In this document: positions 50,212 to 61,240 of the stretch, one piece after another
Layout of the letters: each line of letters starts with the position of its first letter
Position numbering within the stretch: the first letter of the stretch is position 1
Source: Nitrospirota bacterium
GTDB lineage: Bacteria; Nitrospirota; UBA9217
DNA length: 64,000 nucleotides
Direction of reading: 5' to 3'
Assembly (NCBI GenBank): GCA_963749655.1
Contig: CAVVOB010000022.1
Location: 96,001 to 160,000, forward strand
Position numbers and translations under genes: made by a program
Notes under the pieces: model-generated
What the model saw: the letters and a program-made list of their open reading frames with translations, nothing else
Databases searched by the model: none
What the model was told of the DNA's origin: nothing

Positions 50212-52605
50212 TTATTGTCCGGAATTGTTCACGTCCTCATAGAGCAGATAGCGCGACCGCAGCGCGAGGAATCGTTCGAGAGACGCCTCCCAGAGGGACG
50301 ATACGGACTGCAGGTCCTTTGCCGCTCTTGAGTGCATCAATTACCTCCCGCGACCCTACAAGGTCAAGCGTTTTATCGATTTTGAAGGACCGGGGGTAGA
50401 GCCGGTAGAGCGCCTCCACAAGACCGAGGCCCAGGGATGCCGTGTCCAGGGACTGACGGTCTATAAGCGTGATCCGTACGCCGCGGCATACTTTGCTCTT
50501 GTATCTGTCGGCTCCGGGTGTGAACGTTATCGGCGCGAACGTTACTCCGGCAATTCCGCGGCTGTTCAGATAGCCCGCGAGTTTCCCGGCATTCACCCAG
50601 GGCGCACCGACGATCTCGAAAGGCGTGTCGGTCCCCCGGCCCACGCTTATATTCGCGCCCTCGATGAGGGCCACACCGGGATAGAGCGTCTCTTCGACAA
50701 GCGTGCGAAGGTTCGGCGACGGCGGCGTCCACTGCAGGCCTGTCTCGTCGTACCATGAAGAGCGGCGGTATCCCTGCATCGGGATGACATGAAGCTTCGC
50801 GCCTACTCCTCCCTCGACATTGAACATCCCGGCAAGCTCACCCACCGTCATCCCGTGCCGCACCGGCAGGGGGAAGTACCCGGTAAAGCTTTTCAGCTCT
50901 TCGTCCAGGAGCGGGCCCTGCACAACCGAGGCGTTGATGGGGTTGGGCCGGTCGAGGACGTAGAAATCCACTCCCTTTTTCGCGGCAGCCTCAATGGCGT
51001 ACCCCATGGTAGTGATGTAGGTGTAAAAGCGCGTTCCCGCGTCCTGCATGTCGAAAACCAGGGCGTCCAATCCTTCGAGCATCCGGTCCGTCGGTCGCAG
51101 TGTATCTCCATATAAACTGTACACAGGCAGACCAGTAACCGGTTCGGTAATGGATGCGACTTTGTCGTCTTCTCTTCCAGACAATCCGTGCTCGGGACTG
51201 AAAACGGCCAGGAGTTTCACTCCTGGCGCGGTATAGAGCAGGTCTATCGTACTTCGTCCCTGGGAATCAAGTCCCGTATGATTCGTGATGAGGCCGATCC
51301 TCTTGCCGGCAAGTTCCGAGAAAGCCTGCCCTTCAAGCACATCGATGCCGGTCCTTACCCCAGGGGGCGACTCCGCAGACACTGCGAGGGCGCCTGCAGC
51401 CACGTTTTCCGTTGACAGAGGATTAAGTGCATTCGACACGGCCTCTCTAATGCCGCGCGAAGTGTTTTCACGTCACCTTTGTCGTTCGGGTAGACCCTGT
51501 TGGTCAGAACAATGACATAGGTTTTCGTGAACGGGTCTATCCAGAGCGCTGTGCCGGTGTATCCGACATGGCCGTAAGCAGCTGTCCGCGATGTCTCGTT
51601 GTTGTCTGACAGGAAGGAAGGAACAAGGTCCCATCCCAGGCCGCGCGGAGTCTTGCGCAGAGGCGACTGGGGAGAGGTCATTTGCAGAACGGTTTCCGGC
51701 TTCAGGATCGATGCGTTGTTCAGCGTTCCCTGGTTCAGGAACGCCTGGGCAAAACGAGCAAGATCGTCTGCAGTGGAGAAAAGCCCGGCATGTCCCGAGA
51801 CTCCTCCCATGCGATAACAGGTGGGATCGTGGGGTTCGCCGCAGAACACCTTGTTGTACGCGAATCTGGTCGGGGCGGTGCGGTCCTTAAGACCGGGCAG
51901 GGGATGAAACCCCGTGTCCTTCATGCCCAGGGGCTTGAAGATGTTGGTCTCGCAATATTCATCCAGCGGCAGGCAGGAAACGCGGCGCACCAGTTCCCCC
52001 AGCGCTTCGAAATTGATGTCGCTGTACACATACGCCCTGCCCGGGGGAAAAACAGGCCGCTCGGAGAGTATCTTGTCCATCGCCGTTGTGTAGCCAGTCC
52101 AGGCGGGCCGCATCGACAGGTCGGGCTTGAGGCCTGAGTAGTGTGTCAGGAGCTGGCGGACGGTGATGGCATTTTTGCCGTTTGCTGCGAATGCCGGCCA
52201 GTAGCGGGAGACAGGGTCGTCTATGTTCACCTTCCCCTGTTCCGCAAGCTGCATCACGGCAACGGCTGTTGCAATCGGTTTGGTCAGAGACGCAAGATCG
52301 AAGACCGTGTCCTCGGTCATCGGCGCCTTTGTTGGAAGGAGGGAGCGAAACCCGAAGGCGCGCCGGTATACGATTGTTCCGCCCTGCCCGATCAGAACGA
52401 CGGCGCCGGGGGTCTTGCCGTCGCGTATCGCTTTGGCAACGATATTTGCAACGGGGGCCAGTCGTTGTTCCAGGGAAGGCACATCGGAGACAGCAGGTGA
52501 TGGAGAAGGGGAAGCTGGGGCTGAGACGAGGAGAACAAGCAGGAAAGCGGCGAACATCGGGGTCCGCGCGAGCAGCATATATGTCCGTGGCCGTTTCTTC
52601 AACAT
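50212..52605 (-). CDS. Serine hydrolase (beta-lactamase/AmiE-like) + DUF1343 exo-beta-N-acetylmuramidase (NamZ-like) fusion, frameshifts near 51440 and 50295
   Basis: FDLASLTK (SxxK), YSDINF, GHVGYTG; GLITNHTG, FSPEHG, DRPNP, RHGMTVGEL, PSPN; typical R.RYLLY end found in a shifted frame. Confidence 0.8.
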
Positions 52606-52615
52606 TGGCTCAGCA

Positions 52616-52779
52616 TGATTTCATAATAATCTGTACGCCGCCCTGTTCGTCATTCCTGCGAAGGCAGGAACCCAGGGGCTTATTTGTCATTCCGGCTTGT
52701 CCGGAATCCTTCTTTTTCAGTGATGTGCAGCGAGACGATTCCCGACGTAGCGGGAATGACGATTTATTACGAAACCATA
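52616..52779. repeat. Palindromic repeat cluster (GTCATTCC...GGAATC type) inside GAT(G)GTTTCGTAA-type inverted ends
   Basis: gtcattcctgcgaaggcaggaaccca, gtcattccggcttgtccggaatc, gattcccgacgtagcgggaatgac; similar end motif at 49595-49613. Confidence 0.65.
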
Positions 52780-52798
52780 AACAGTAGACGCCTTTGTG

Positions 52799-54358
52799 TC
52801 AGTTCAACCCCTGCGAGAGATATACGTCACTCGGCTTCCCGGGCAACAGGACTGTAGCTACTGAGTCCTTCGAGAAAGAGACCCGTGCCCGTTTCTCCGG
52901 AGTGGGGAATTCTTTTCTGCCGAAGGCATAGTCGCTGAATCCCTCCACCGGAGGCTCGAAGCGGACCGCGGCTGAGCCGGAGCGCTGCGTCTTCGCGGCC
53001 GCAGGGGGAACGATTTCGACGGGGTGCTCGACAGCGCTGGTATTTTCCCCTATCCCTGCTTTGCTCATGATAATCTCTCCGGGCGCACTTTTCAACCCCT
53101 CTGCCATATAGACATTCCTCGGGTTCCAGAGCATCCAGCCTCCGGCCCCGAAGGACTCTGCGGCATCGATCTGGGTCCTTATTTCCGGACCGAGGAAATA
53201 TCTTTTGTCGAAAGCATAGTCTTTGAATCCCTGCAGCCAGGGCCTGAACCGGACGGCTGGGATGCCGGTGCGCTGCCGCGCCCGCTCAAGCGAGCGGGCA
53301 ACGATTTCGTGGGAGTGCTCGACCGGGTTCGTGCATCCCGGTATCCCGAACTGGAAGCCCGAGGGATAGAGCATCAGGGCAAGATAGTCGACCGTGGCTG
53401 CCATGCTGTCAAGCCGCTGGCCGATCGCCGTATCATTGAGGTTCCAGGCGACATACCCGAAGACGTCGGCGGACAGAAATACATTGTAAGGGACCAGCCT
53501 TCTGTGTGCCTCGTCAAGGAAGCCGGAGATGGCGGCAACCCGATTCGGTTCCGTGTTCGCTACGCTGAAGGTCGGGCCTTTCTGGTCGGGAAAGCGCACA
53601 TAATCGAACTGGATCTCGTCAAAGCCGTTCCGTGCGGCCTCCTCGGCAATGGCGATGTTGTATTCCCAGACTTCCTGCTTCGACGGGTCCACCCAGATGA
53701 GGCCCTCGCGGTCGCGCCAGAGCTCCCCGCTCCTCGTCTTTATTGCCAGATCGGGGCGCGCCGCGCCGAGCACCGTGTCCTTGAACACCACGATCCGGGC
53801 AATGGTATAGATGCCCCGTTCCTTCAGCGATGCGAGCAGTCCCTTTATGTCCTTTACGATGACGAGCTTTTGCGCGCCGATCTCCGTTGCAAGAGGGATG
53901 TCGCTCTTGTACGTTATCACCCCGCGGTCTCCCTTCACATCGATCACCAGGGCGTTGAGCTCCGTCTCGGTGATCAGCCTGAGCGCGTTCCCCCGCAGGG
54001 ACCTGTCCGCTATGCCGTAGTTCGTGAGATAGAGCGCTTTTGGCAGGAAGGGTTTCAGCCGCACTTCGAGCGGCGTACGGGAAGATTCCGGGACAGGCAT
54101 CGTGGTTCTCCCGTACCCGTGGGCACGGAAACCTATCGAGTCCGCCTCTCCCTCGATTGCGAACATGCCGTTCTCATCGGTAAGGGTGATTTTGTTCCCC
54201 ACCGTTACCATCGCGGCCTTGATCGGTTTTCCTGTGTCGGCGTCCAGGACCGTGCCCCCGGCCTCTCCGTTCGCGGTCCTTCCCTTGGTTGCGTTGGCCA
54301 AGGAGAAAATGAACAGCACACAACAGGTCATCACCAATCTCGCTCTTTTTGTATTCAT
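52799..54358 (-). CDS. Putative glycoside hydrolase (DUF4015-like) with N-terminal carboxypeptidase-regulatory-like domain
   Basis: Own RBS and signal peptide (MNTKR...SLANA); NALVIDVK, GFDEIQFDYVRFP, RPWLQGF, WMLWNP. Confidence 0.75.
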   Translation of the reverse strand: MNTKRARLVMTCCVLFIFSLANATKGRTANGEAGGTVLDADTGKPIKAAMVTVGNKITLTDENGMFAIEGEADSIGFRAHGYGRTTMPVPESSRTPLEVRLKPFLPKALYLTNYGIADRSLRGNALRLITETELNALVIDVKGDRGVITYKSDIPLATEIGAQKLVIVKDIKGLLASLKERGIYTIARIVVFKDTVLGAARPDLAIKTRSGELWRDREGLIWVDPSKQEVWEYNIAIAEEAARNGFDEIQFDYVRFPDQKGPTFSVANTEPNRVAAISGFLDEAHRRLVPYNVFLSADVFGYVAWNLNDTAIGQRLDSMAATVDYLALMLYPSGFQFGIPGCTNPVEHSHEIVARSLERARQRTGIPAVRFRPWLQGFKDYAFDKRYFLGPEIRTQIDAAESFGAGGWMLWNPRNVYMAEGLKSAPGEIIMSKAGIGENTSAVEHPVEIVPPAAAKTQRSGSAAVRFEPPVEGFSDYAFGRKEFPTPEKRARVSFSKDSVATVLLPGKPSDVYLSQGLN

Positions 54359-55219
54359 CTTTCCCTCTCCTACCGTACACTGCCTGCAGAACTGCTTTAA
54401 CAAGCCCACGTGAACCTTTCCTGCATTTCCTTCGACGATCCTCTCGAAAGCCTTGCCGCTGACCGCGTTCGTGAGCAGATACCGCGGCAATTTCATGACC
54501 GAGTCGCCATCAGTTGTAGGGCGCGCCTCGATCGAGAACGTGGCGATGTAGCCTGCTTCCTTTGCTTTTTCCAGAAGCCTGTCGTTGTAGATGCCGAAGG
54601 GCCATGCAAGCATATCTACGCGCACGCCCAGTTCTTTCTCGAGTTTTGCTTTTGATTTTGTGAGCTGCAGGTCCACAGACTTTTCGTATTCCGATGGGGA
54701 CATCCGCTTTTCATCGTGCTTGAAATTGGGATGCCAGTAGGTGTGCCCCTGAAAATCGAACAACCCGGTCTTCTTCAGGTCCCTCAGCTGGTCCCAGGTC
54801 ATTGCATAGGAAGCGTTCGATATGGCCGAGGGATAGAGGAAAAGCGTCACCGGCACGTGGAATTCTTTGACGAGGGGAAGCATGTGCTGGTAGACCGATT
54901 CATGTCCGTCATCAACGACGATCACGACTGATTTGGGCAGGGGTTTGGGGCTCTTATTGAGATAATAATCGACGAGCTGTTTTAAGGGGATCACCTGATA
55001 GCCGTTCTCTTTGAGGTATTTGAGGTGAGATTCGAAAACAGCGGTCGTTACGGTCATACCATCGGCAACCACGGGGCCGAAACGATGATACAGAAGGATG
55101 GGGACGCTAAATGGGACGGGGTTTCCTGCAGTGTCAGCGCTTGCTATGCCTGAAAACGGAGAGAGGAGAAGAAAGAAGATAGCGGCCCGGAGGAGCAGCC
55201 GGTCAAAAAGTTTATTCAT
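54359..55219 (-). CDS. Polysaccharide deacetylase (CE4), in frame with the next gene
   Basis: PILLYHRF, VVDDG, GHTYWHP, AWPFG, LPRY. Confidence 0.85.
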
Positions 55220-55695
55220 ACCACTTCACCTAACCATGCTACATCAGTGGTGCCGTTATTCCCAGTGATTTTATAGTACGTTTTCGCTGAGATAGGGGCT
55301 GTGAGCGGGGTCACAATACAGTGTTAATATATAAGGAAGGAAACAACGGCAGATTTGCGACAGTTATGCTTTGGTTCAATCTGCAAGATTGAACCAGCGT
55401 GAGAAACAACGATAGCGGAACGACATAAACAAGGATGCACTCGCAGGACCCAACTCATAACTCATAACTAAAAACTCAAAACGTAGCTACGGCCTTTTCC
55501 GCATTTGGGGTATACCCCAAAAAACCCCATCAACCCTCTTGACACCGGGGGTAAGATACTATATATAATTATACGAAAATGCGTAAATGAGTTGACGCTC
55601 CTGTCTTGCCCTGGGAGTAGCGCGCGATTGGCCGGGTGTGGTTGGATGGCAGGCGAATGACTGGGGAGGGATCACGTGCAAAGAGGTCTTGTACT

Positions 55696-56685
55696 ATGAC
55701 GGACAGTCTCTTCCTGGCTATGTGGAACGTTGAGAATCTGTTTGATGTCGAAGGTGCGAAACGGCCCAAGAAGATCAGGCGGATCATAGCCAAAGACATC
55801 GCAGGCTGGAATGAGCAGCTTTTGGACGCCAAACTTCGTCAGCTCTCGATAGTCATCCGCTCGATGAACTCCGGAGCCGGCCCGGATGTGCTGGGGGTGT
55901 GTGAAGTAGAGAACAGGAATGTTCTCAAAAAGCTGGCTGACAGAATTTCCCTGGACGGCGGCCGGACTTACAGCATCGCCCATGCCGATACAAGCGACAA
56001 CAGAGGTATTGACGTCGCGTTCCTTTATGATTCGGGAATCATGAAAACGTCCCACGACAAGATGTTCCAGCACTGGGTGGTCAAGCGATATGCGACGCGT
56101 GAGCTCTTTCAGGTGAATTTTACGATCGATGGCGGGACCCTCGTCCTGATTGGAAACCATTGGCCTTCGCGATCGGGAGGCCAGTACGAGTCTGAACCCT
56201 ACCGCATGACCGCTGGCGAGACGCTTTCGTACTGGATCGAGCGAATTCACGAGGAACTGGGGGAAGACGCGGCGATCGTCGTCCTGGGAGACTTCAACGA
56301 TGAGCCGTTCAACCGCGCCCTAACGGAATATGCCCTTTCAATAAACGACAGCCGCGTTGTGTTGAGCGGAACAAGCCACTATCTGCTGAACCTCATGTGG
56401 CCTCTTCTTGCGCAGGGGAAGGGCTCGCATCTTTTCGAAGGACGCTGGAACATGCTCGATCAGATCATGGTGAGCAGGGCCGTGGTCAACGGCAAGTGCG
56501 GTTGGACCGCACAAGACAGTCCGCGCATCGTGGGTGCAGAGCTCATGACGCATCCGACTTCACGGGGGCCCCATCGGTTTGGGATCAAGCCGATGGAGCG
56601 CGATATCTCGGGATTCAGTGACCACTATCCTGTCAGCATCACTTTGAAAAAAGAAAACAGGATCTTCAGGCTTTCCTATGGGTAG
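55696..56685 (+). CDS. Endonuclease/exonuclease/phosphatase (EEP) family protein
   Basis: WNVENLFD, CEVEN, RGIDVA, NHWPSR, GDFNDEP, SDHYPV. Confidence 0.88.
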   Translation: MTDSLFLAMWNVENLFDVEGAKRPKKIRRIIAKDIAGWNEQLLDAKLRQLSIVIRSMNSGAGPDVLGVCEVENRNVLKKLADRISLDGGRTYSIAHADTSDNRGIDVAFLYDSGIMKTSHDKMFQHWVVKRYATRELFQVNFTIDGGTLVLIGNHWPSRSGGQYESEPYRMTAGETLSYWIERIHEELGEDAAIVVLGDFNDEPFNRALTEYALSINDSRVVLSGTSHYLLNLMWPLLAQGKGSHLFEGRWNMLDQIMVSRAVVNGKCGWTAQDSPRIVGAELMTHPTSRGPHRFGIKPMERDISGFSDHYPVSITLKKENRIFRLSYG

Positions 56686-58037
56686 CTAAGAAGATTAAAT
56701 ATGCATCGTAGGCCCATTTGAAGCTGCTTTTATAGCTTTAACGTTCTTTGATAACTTGACACGTTTAGATGCAAAGGGTATCGTCTTGCCTTATGAAGAA
56801 GACTACCCTTAGCACGCTTTATAGTTTTCCTGGTTTTCGCGCCCAGTCTCGGTTAAAGGATGATCCGGACGATCCCGGTGGCCGCATTATTGTCCTTCGA
56901 CGACGGCAAAAAAAACTACCTGTTCATGTGGCCGTAGTCAGCGAGGCTTCTACGATCGCATCATGCATCGGGTCAGGGACCTTGACTCCGGCGGCATTCG
57001 CATCCATCTCGAGTTTGAATATCGGCGCATGTTCTGCCGGAGGTGTCAAACTGTGAAGCGCGAGACCCTTGCCTGGCTGGCATCATCCAAGAGATTTACC
57101 GGACGATTCGAACAGGCCATCGGGCGTCAGTGTCGTGAGATGTCTATATCCCGAGTGGCTGAAATGAACCGTTTGAGCTGGGACCAGGTCCAACGCATCG
57201 AGAAAAACTACATGCGCGATCTGCTGGCGAAGCACCCGCCGTCCAAGGACCTTCGCGTGATCGGCATCGACGAAGTCTCGATTCGGAAGGGCCATACCTA
57301 TGCGATCGTTGTAGCTGATCTGGATCAGCATCGCCCTATCTGGATTGGCGGCAACGGCCGCAAGGAAGAAGACTTGGACCTCTTCTTCAATGAAATCGGG
57401 CCGAATACGGCCAAGGGCATCAAACTGGCAGTCATGGATATGTGGAAGCCTTTCAGAAACGCTACCAAACACCACGCGCCGGACGCTCAACTCGTCTTCG
57501 ATAAGTTTCACGTACTCCAGCACCTGTCGTTTGCCTTGGATGAGGTCAGACGGAGCGAATATAAACGTGTCAATGACAAAGAACGACGGTTCATCAAGGG
57601 CCAGCGCTATACGCTGCTTTCAAACCGGGACAACCTGGATATGGATGGCAGACGGGCCTTGCAACTCTTACTCAAGGCCAATAGCCGCCTTCACAAGGCC
57701 TATCTACTCAAGGAATCCTTCGGGCAGCTGTGGTCATACAACAATCCAGCCTGGGCGCGAAAGTTCTTTGAGAACTGGAAAGCGCAGCTCCGATGGAGCC
57801 GCTTGGAACCGTTTCAAAAGTTTGCTGCAATGATCGAACGTCACTGGGATGGCATCGTCAGTTACTGTCATCCCGACAATAAGGTGTCCCTCGGATTCAT
57901 GGAGGGACTAAACAACAAGATCCGGGTGATTCAGCGTCGGGCTTATGGCATTAAAGATAAAGAGTATCTTCGATTGAAGGTACTGACTTCCTTTCTCCCA
58001 GATGCCAAAAGTGACCCACACTAAACCCGGAAGACCC
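56660..58037 (+). mobile_element. Complete ISL3-family insertion sequence (1378 bp)
   Basis: Imperfect IRs GGATCTTCAGGCTTT / AAACCCGGAAGACCC; 8-bp target duplication AGAAAACA at 56652-56659 and 58038-58045. Confidence 0.9.
56793..58024 (+). CDS. ISL3 transposase, -1 frameshift at an A8 run (56908-56915)
   Basis: IGIDE, VMDMW, FDKFH, EGLNNKIRVI.RRAYG; the Zn-finger CSC...CRRC is completed only by the -1 shift. Confidence 0.9.
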
Positions 58038-58230
58038 AGAAAACATATCCTGAACGGAAGAACCCGAAAAGAAACGGGGTTCTTCCAAATTCATCCGTTA
58101 AACCGGCCCGCACAGCGGGTGTCGACATATTCGCTTCGCACAACCCGTGCGTCATACAGCAAGCCACATACGGCAGTAAGGCCGTCTCCAAATAACATAT
58201 CCAAATAACATACAGGAAGGAGATCATCAC

Positions 58231-59262
58231 ATGGGAACAAAGTCAAGTGTTCTCTTGGACTCGCCCGAAATCATGGAGGGGATAGGCCCTTTACGCTCTG
58301 CTGCATTGACGCAGGCAGGAATTACGACGATTGCAGCCATGATCGGAGCGGGCGTCGGTAAGGTCCGCAGCATCTGCCCTGACGCCGGCGAGAGTGAAGT
58401 CCGGCGCTGGTTGTGTGCAGCCGCGCTTCTGCGGATAAAAGGCATGACGCCCGCCCTGGCCGACGCGCTTGCACGGGCTCAGGTATGCTCGTCAGCGAGT
58501 GTTGCGGATGCAAAGCTCAAGGATCTGGAGGACGCGGTTAAGGCCGCCTATGCGGGAAGCCGTGCGGTGAAAATCCCGAGCATCTATGATCTGGCTGCTG
58601 TGCAGCAGGCAGCATGGAAGGTGTGCGAAAAGGGAATGATGGCGGGGAGGATACTGACCTCGACCGGCGCCCCCCTCGCGCAGGTTCGGGTGGACATCGG
58701 CAGTCAGGAGGCGCTTACGAATGACGCCGGATGGGTCGCCTTTGACGCGGTACCCGTCGGAAAGGTGAAATTGCAGATCTACCCGCAGGGCCGAAGCGTT
58801 GCCATGCAGCCGCCGCCCCTGGACGTCAGTCCGGACGGACTAGCGGGGCCCGTGGTCGTGCGGATCGCTTCGCTTGGCAAGCCCGAACAGTTCGCGAGGC
58901 GGGAGATTGACGGATACCCCGTCTTCATCACGAAGGCGTCGATCCTGCGAGCGGCATGGCGGGAAATCGGCGACCTGCCGGAGGGCGATCTTCTGCAGGT
59001 GCGCGACCTCGACAAGAACGGCGTGTTCCGGCTGCTTAGCCTCTACAAGGAACGGCAGGGCACGGTGATCACCGTGTTCCGGACAAAGGCGGGGGCCGCC
59101 GATCTTCCGGCCGGGACGAAGCCGGGCGACATTGTGACGGTTGCCGGGGGCCGTCTGCAGTCTACCAAACTGACGGTAGAAGGGGTGTCGGCAGTCAAGC
59201 GGGAGAAAACCGAGGCCTTAGGCCGGCGGACGAGCCGCCGGGTAGTGCGGTTAGCACTGTAA
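58231..59262 (+). CDS. Hypothetical protein: helix-hairpin-helix (DUF4332-like) N-terminus + carboxypeptidase-regulatory-like beta domain
   Basis: EGIGP....L..AGITT, LLRIKGM....A..L; GRI....GAPL..VRV.I...TN..G. Confidence 0.55.
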   Translation: MGTKSSVLLDSPEIMEGIGPLRSAALTQAGITTIAAMIGAGVGKVRSICPDAGESEVRRWLCAAALLRIKGMTPALADALARAQVCSSASVADAKLKDLEDAVKAAYAGSRAVKIPSIYDLAAVQQAAWKVCEKGMMAGRILTSTGAPLAQVRVDIGSQEALTNDAGWVAFDAVPVGKVKLQIYPQGRSVAMQPPPLDVSPDGLAGPVVVRIASLGKPEQFARREIDGYPVFITKASILRAAWREIGDLPEGDLLQVRDLDKNGVFRLLSLYKERQGTVITVFRTKAGAADLPAGTKPGDIVTVAGGRLQSTKLTVEGVSAVKREKTEALGRRTSRRVVRLAL

Positions 59263-59282
59263 AACACAAGGAGGGATGACCT

Positions 59283-59867
59283 ATGCCGGACGATGGGGGA
59301 GCTACTTATCAATTTATACCAAGCGCTGATGCCTGCGATACTTGCGCAGGGCAGGCAGGAGAATATGATTTTCCTCCCGCGGTACCTGTTCACGATAACT
59401 GCAGGTGTCAGGTCGTGCAGAAAGGATTGGATTGCAAGGACGGAAGCGTTCGTTATGAAGTCCGAAATCTCGAAGTCTCGGAAGATTCATACACCATAGA
59501 AGATGTTTTTATAGGGGACTACACCAACCGAGGCGAAGAATCCCTCGCGGCGACCGTAGCGATAAAGTGCGAAATCGAACAAGAGTCGTTCGACGAGGGA
59601 GTTGAGGCGGAACTGAACTGGTCCCCCATGTGCGGTTCTGTTTCCGAATCGGTTGTGTTTCCGGCGAGATCCACAGGGGAAATCAGAGGAGAGATCGAAT
59701 ATCAACAGATCATGTGTATCGGCGAACTATGGAAAATCTGCGAAACACCTGATCCGGTCGCGGGCTTCAACTCCGAGGAGTGTTATGTAGGAGAGGTCGG
59801 CGGTATCGCAGTAGCGCGTACCGGTTTGAACGGCGCTTACGTGGTGGCGGAACCGCTGGGGGAATAA
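59283..59867 (+). CDS. Acidic Cys-rich hypothetical protein with MuF-like CxxC...PxHxNCRC motif
   Basis: DACDTC...PAVPVHDNCRC at the N-terminus; AGGAGG RBS 20 nt after the previous stop. Confidence 0.6.
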   Translation: MPDDGGATYQFIPSADACDTCAGQAGEYDFPPAVPVHDNCRCQVVQKGLDCKDGSVRYEVRNLEVSEDSYTIEDVFIGDYTNRGEESLAATVAIKCEIEQESFDEGVEAELNWSPMCGSVSESVVFPARSTGEIRGEIEYQQIMCIGELWKICETPDPVAGFNSEECYVGEVGGIAVARTGLNGAYVVAEPLGE

Positions 59868-59972
59868 GATCAGGCACATGCCGGAGATTTCCGGAATACA
59901 CAGAGAAATCCACAACTGCGTTTTGTGAGCTGATGGATCGGAATCGAAAATCGTATCGGCATGGGAGACCAG

Positions 59973-60087
59973 GGGGATGTAGTGACCGAAGTGGAGCAAT
60001 GCGTGGGAGGAATTAATCAAGAATGCAATAGACTTAACTTAGTATCAGTATCCGAAGAAGTTAGTCCATTTAGGTCACTACGTCCCC
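59973..60087. mobile_element. MITE-like element with ~24-bp terminal inverted repeats, copy 1
   Basis: GGGGATGTAGTGACCGAAGTGGA ... TCCATTTAGGTCACTACGTCCCC. Confidence 0.65.
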
Positions 60088-60228
60088 TGTGGCGCCCAGA
60101 ATCTTCGCAATTTTCAGGCGATTAACGATCCGAAGGAGGCTCTTATCCTTCTTGCCGAGGGCGACCAAGAGAAACACTATGACGCACTGACGGCGGAAGT
60201 TGAGAAGACATTACAGAGGGGCTAGCCG

Positions 60229-60304
60229 GTAGGTTGGGCAAAAGGCTTCACCTTGCCCAACAGAATTCAAAAGATGTTGGGCTGTGATGCGTAGGCCAAC
60301 CTAC
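60229..60304. repeat. GTAG-family REP doublet
   Basis: GTAGGTTGGGCAA...TTGCCCAAC and GTTGGGCT...GCCAACCTAC. Confidence 0.75.
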
Positions 60305-60319
60305 AGACTGGTTGTACAA

Positions 60320-60766
60320 ATGAAAATATACGTCGTTGACACTTGCTTGATTAATAAACTCGTCGATGGCTCTGTAGGCTCTGATGAATTGCCGAAGGAT
60401 GGACAGTTTGTCGCGTCACATATTCAACTTGACGAATTGAGCAAGACAAGAAACACGGAACGAAGGGAAAAACTCCTGAATAAGTTTAGCGAGCTTATTA
60501 GTGAAGTATTGCCGACGGAGTCATTTGTATTAGACATTTCGAGATTGGACGAAGCTCGTCTTGGCGATGGTGTCAGATATCATGCGATAAAAGAAGACCT
60601 TGATGCACGAAATAAGTCAAAGCCAAACAATACACATGATGCACTTATCGCTGAAGTTGCAATGAAAAATGGCTACACTCTGCTTACAACGGATTTTGAT
60701 CTTTACCAAACTGCATATAAGCAGGGTATCGGGGTAATGTACTGGACAACAACATCTCGCAAGTAA
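60320..60766 (+). CDS. PIN-domain protein
   Basis: YVVDTC, E, HDALIAE, LLTTD..L acidic tetrad pattern. Confidence 0.7.
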   Translation: MKIYVVDTCLINKLVDGSVGSDELPKDGQFVASHIQLDELSKTRNTERREKLLNKFSELISEVLPTESFVLDISRLDEARLGDGVRYHAIKEDLDARNKSKPNNTHDALIAEVAMKNGYTLLTTDFDLYQTAYKQGIGVMYWTTTSRK

Positions 60767-60786
60767 ACTACCATCAAAACAGCCGG

Positions 60787-61240
60787 GTAGGTCGGGTAGA
60801 GCGCAGCGAAACCCGACGGAATCGCAATGATTGACCAAGCCTTCGAGATATCATGCGATACAAACGATCAATTGCAAAAGGGCTTCATTCTTTCTCATCG
60901 TTGTAACGGATAAGCGAAGAAAATTTCTGTGTCATGATGCTAATGTCCGTCTTCTTCGCGAAGCTTTCCGGACGGTCAGGTCCCGTCACCCGTTTACCAT
61001 AGACGCTTTCGTGTTGTTGCCGGATCATCTGCACTGCATTTGGACTTTACCGGAGCAGGATAGTGATTTTCCCATGCGCTGGGTCAGATCAAGAGTCATC
61101 TCAGCAGATATTGCAGTGATGAGTTCAAGGGACAACGAACGGCAGTGTATCTCGCCAAGTCATTTGGCAGAAAAGATATTGGGAGCATCATATCTGGGAT
61201 GAGGCCGATTTGATCCATCATGTAGAGTACATTCACACCC
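60787..61240 (+). pseudogene. REP + degraded REP-associated tyrosine transposase (RAYT)
   Basis: GTAG REP at 60787-60817; FF.IVVT..R, HPFTIDAFVLLPDHLHCIWTLP HUH motif; WQKRYWEH and HVEYIH in a shifted frame, truncated. Confidence 0.8.
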
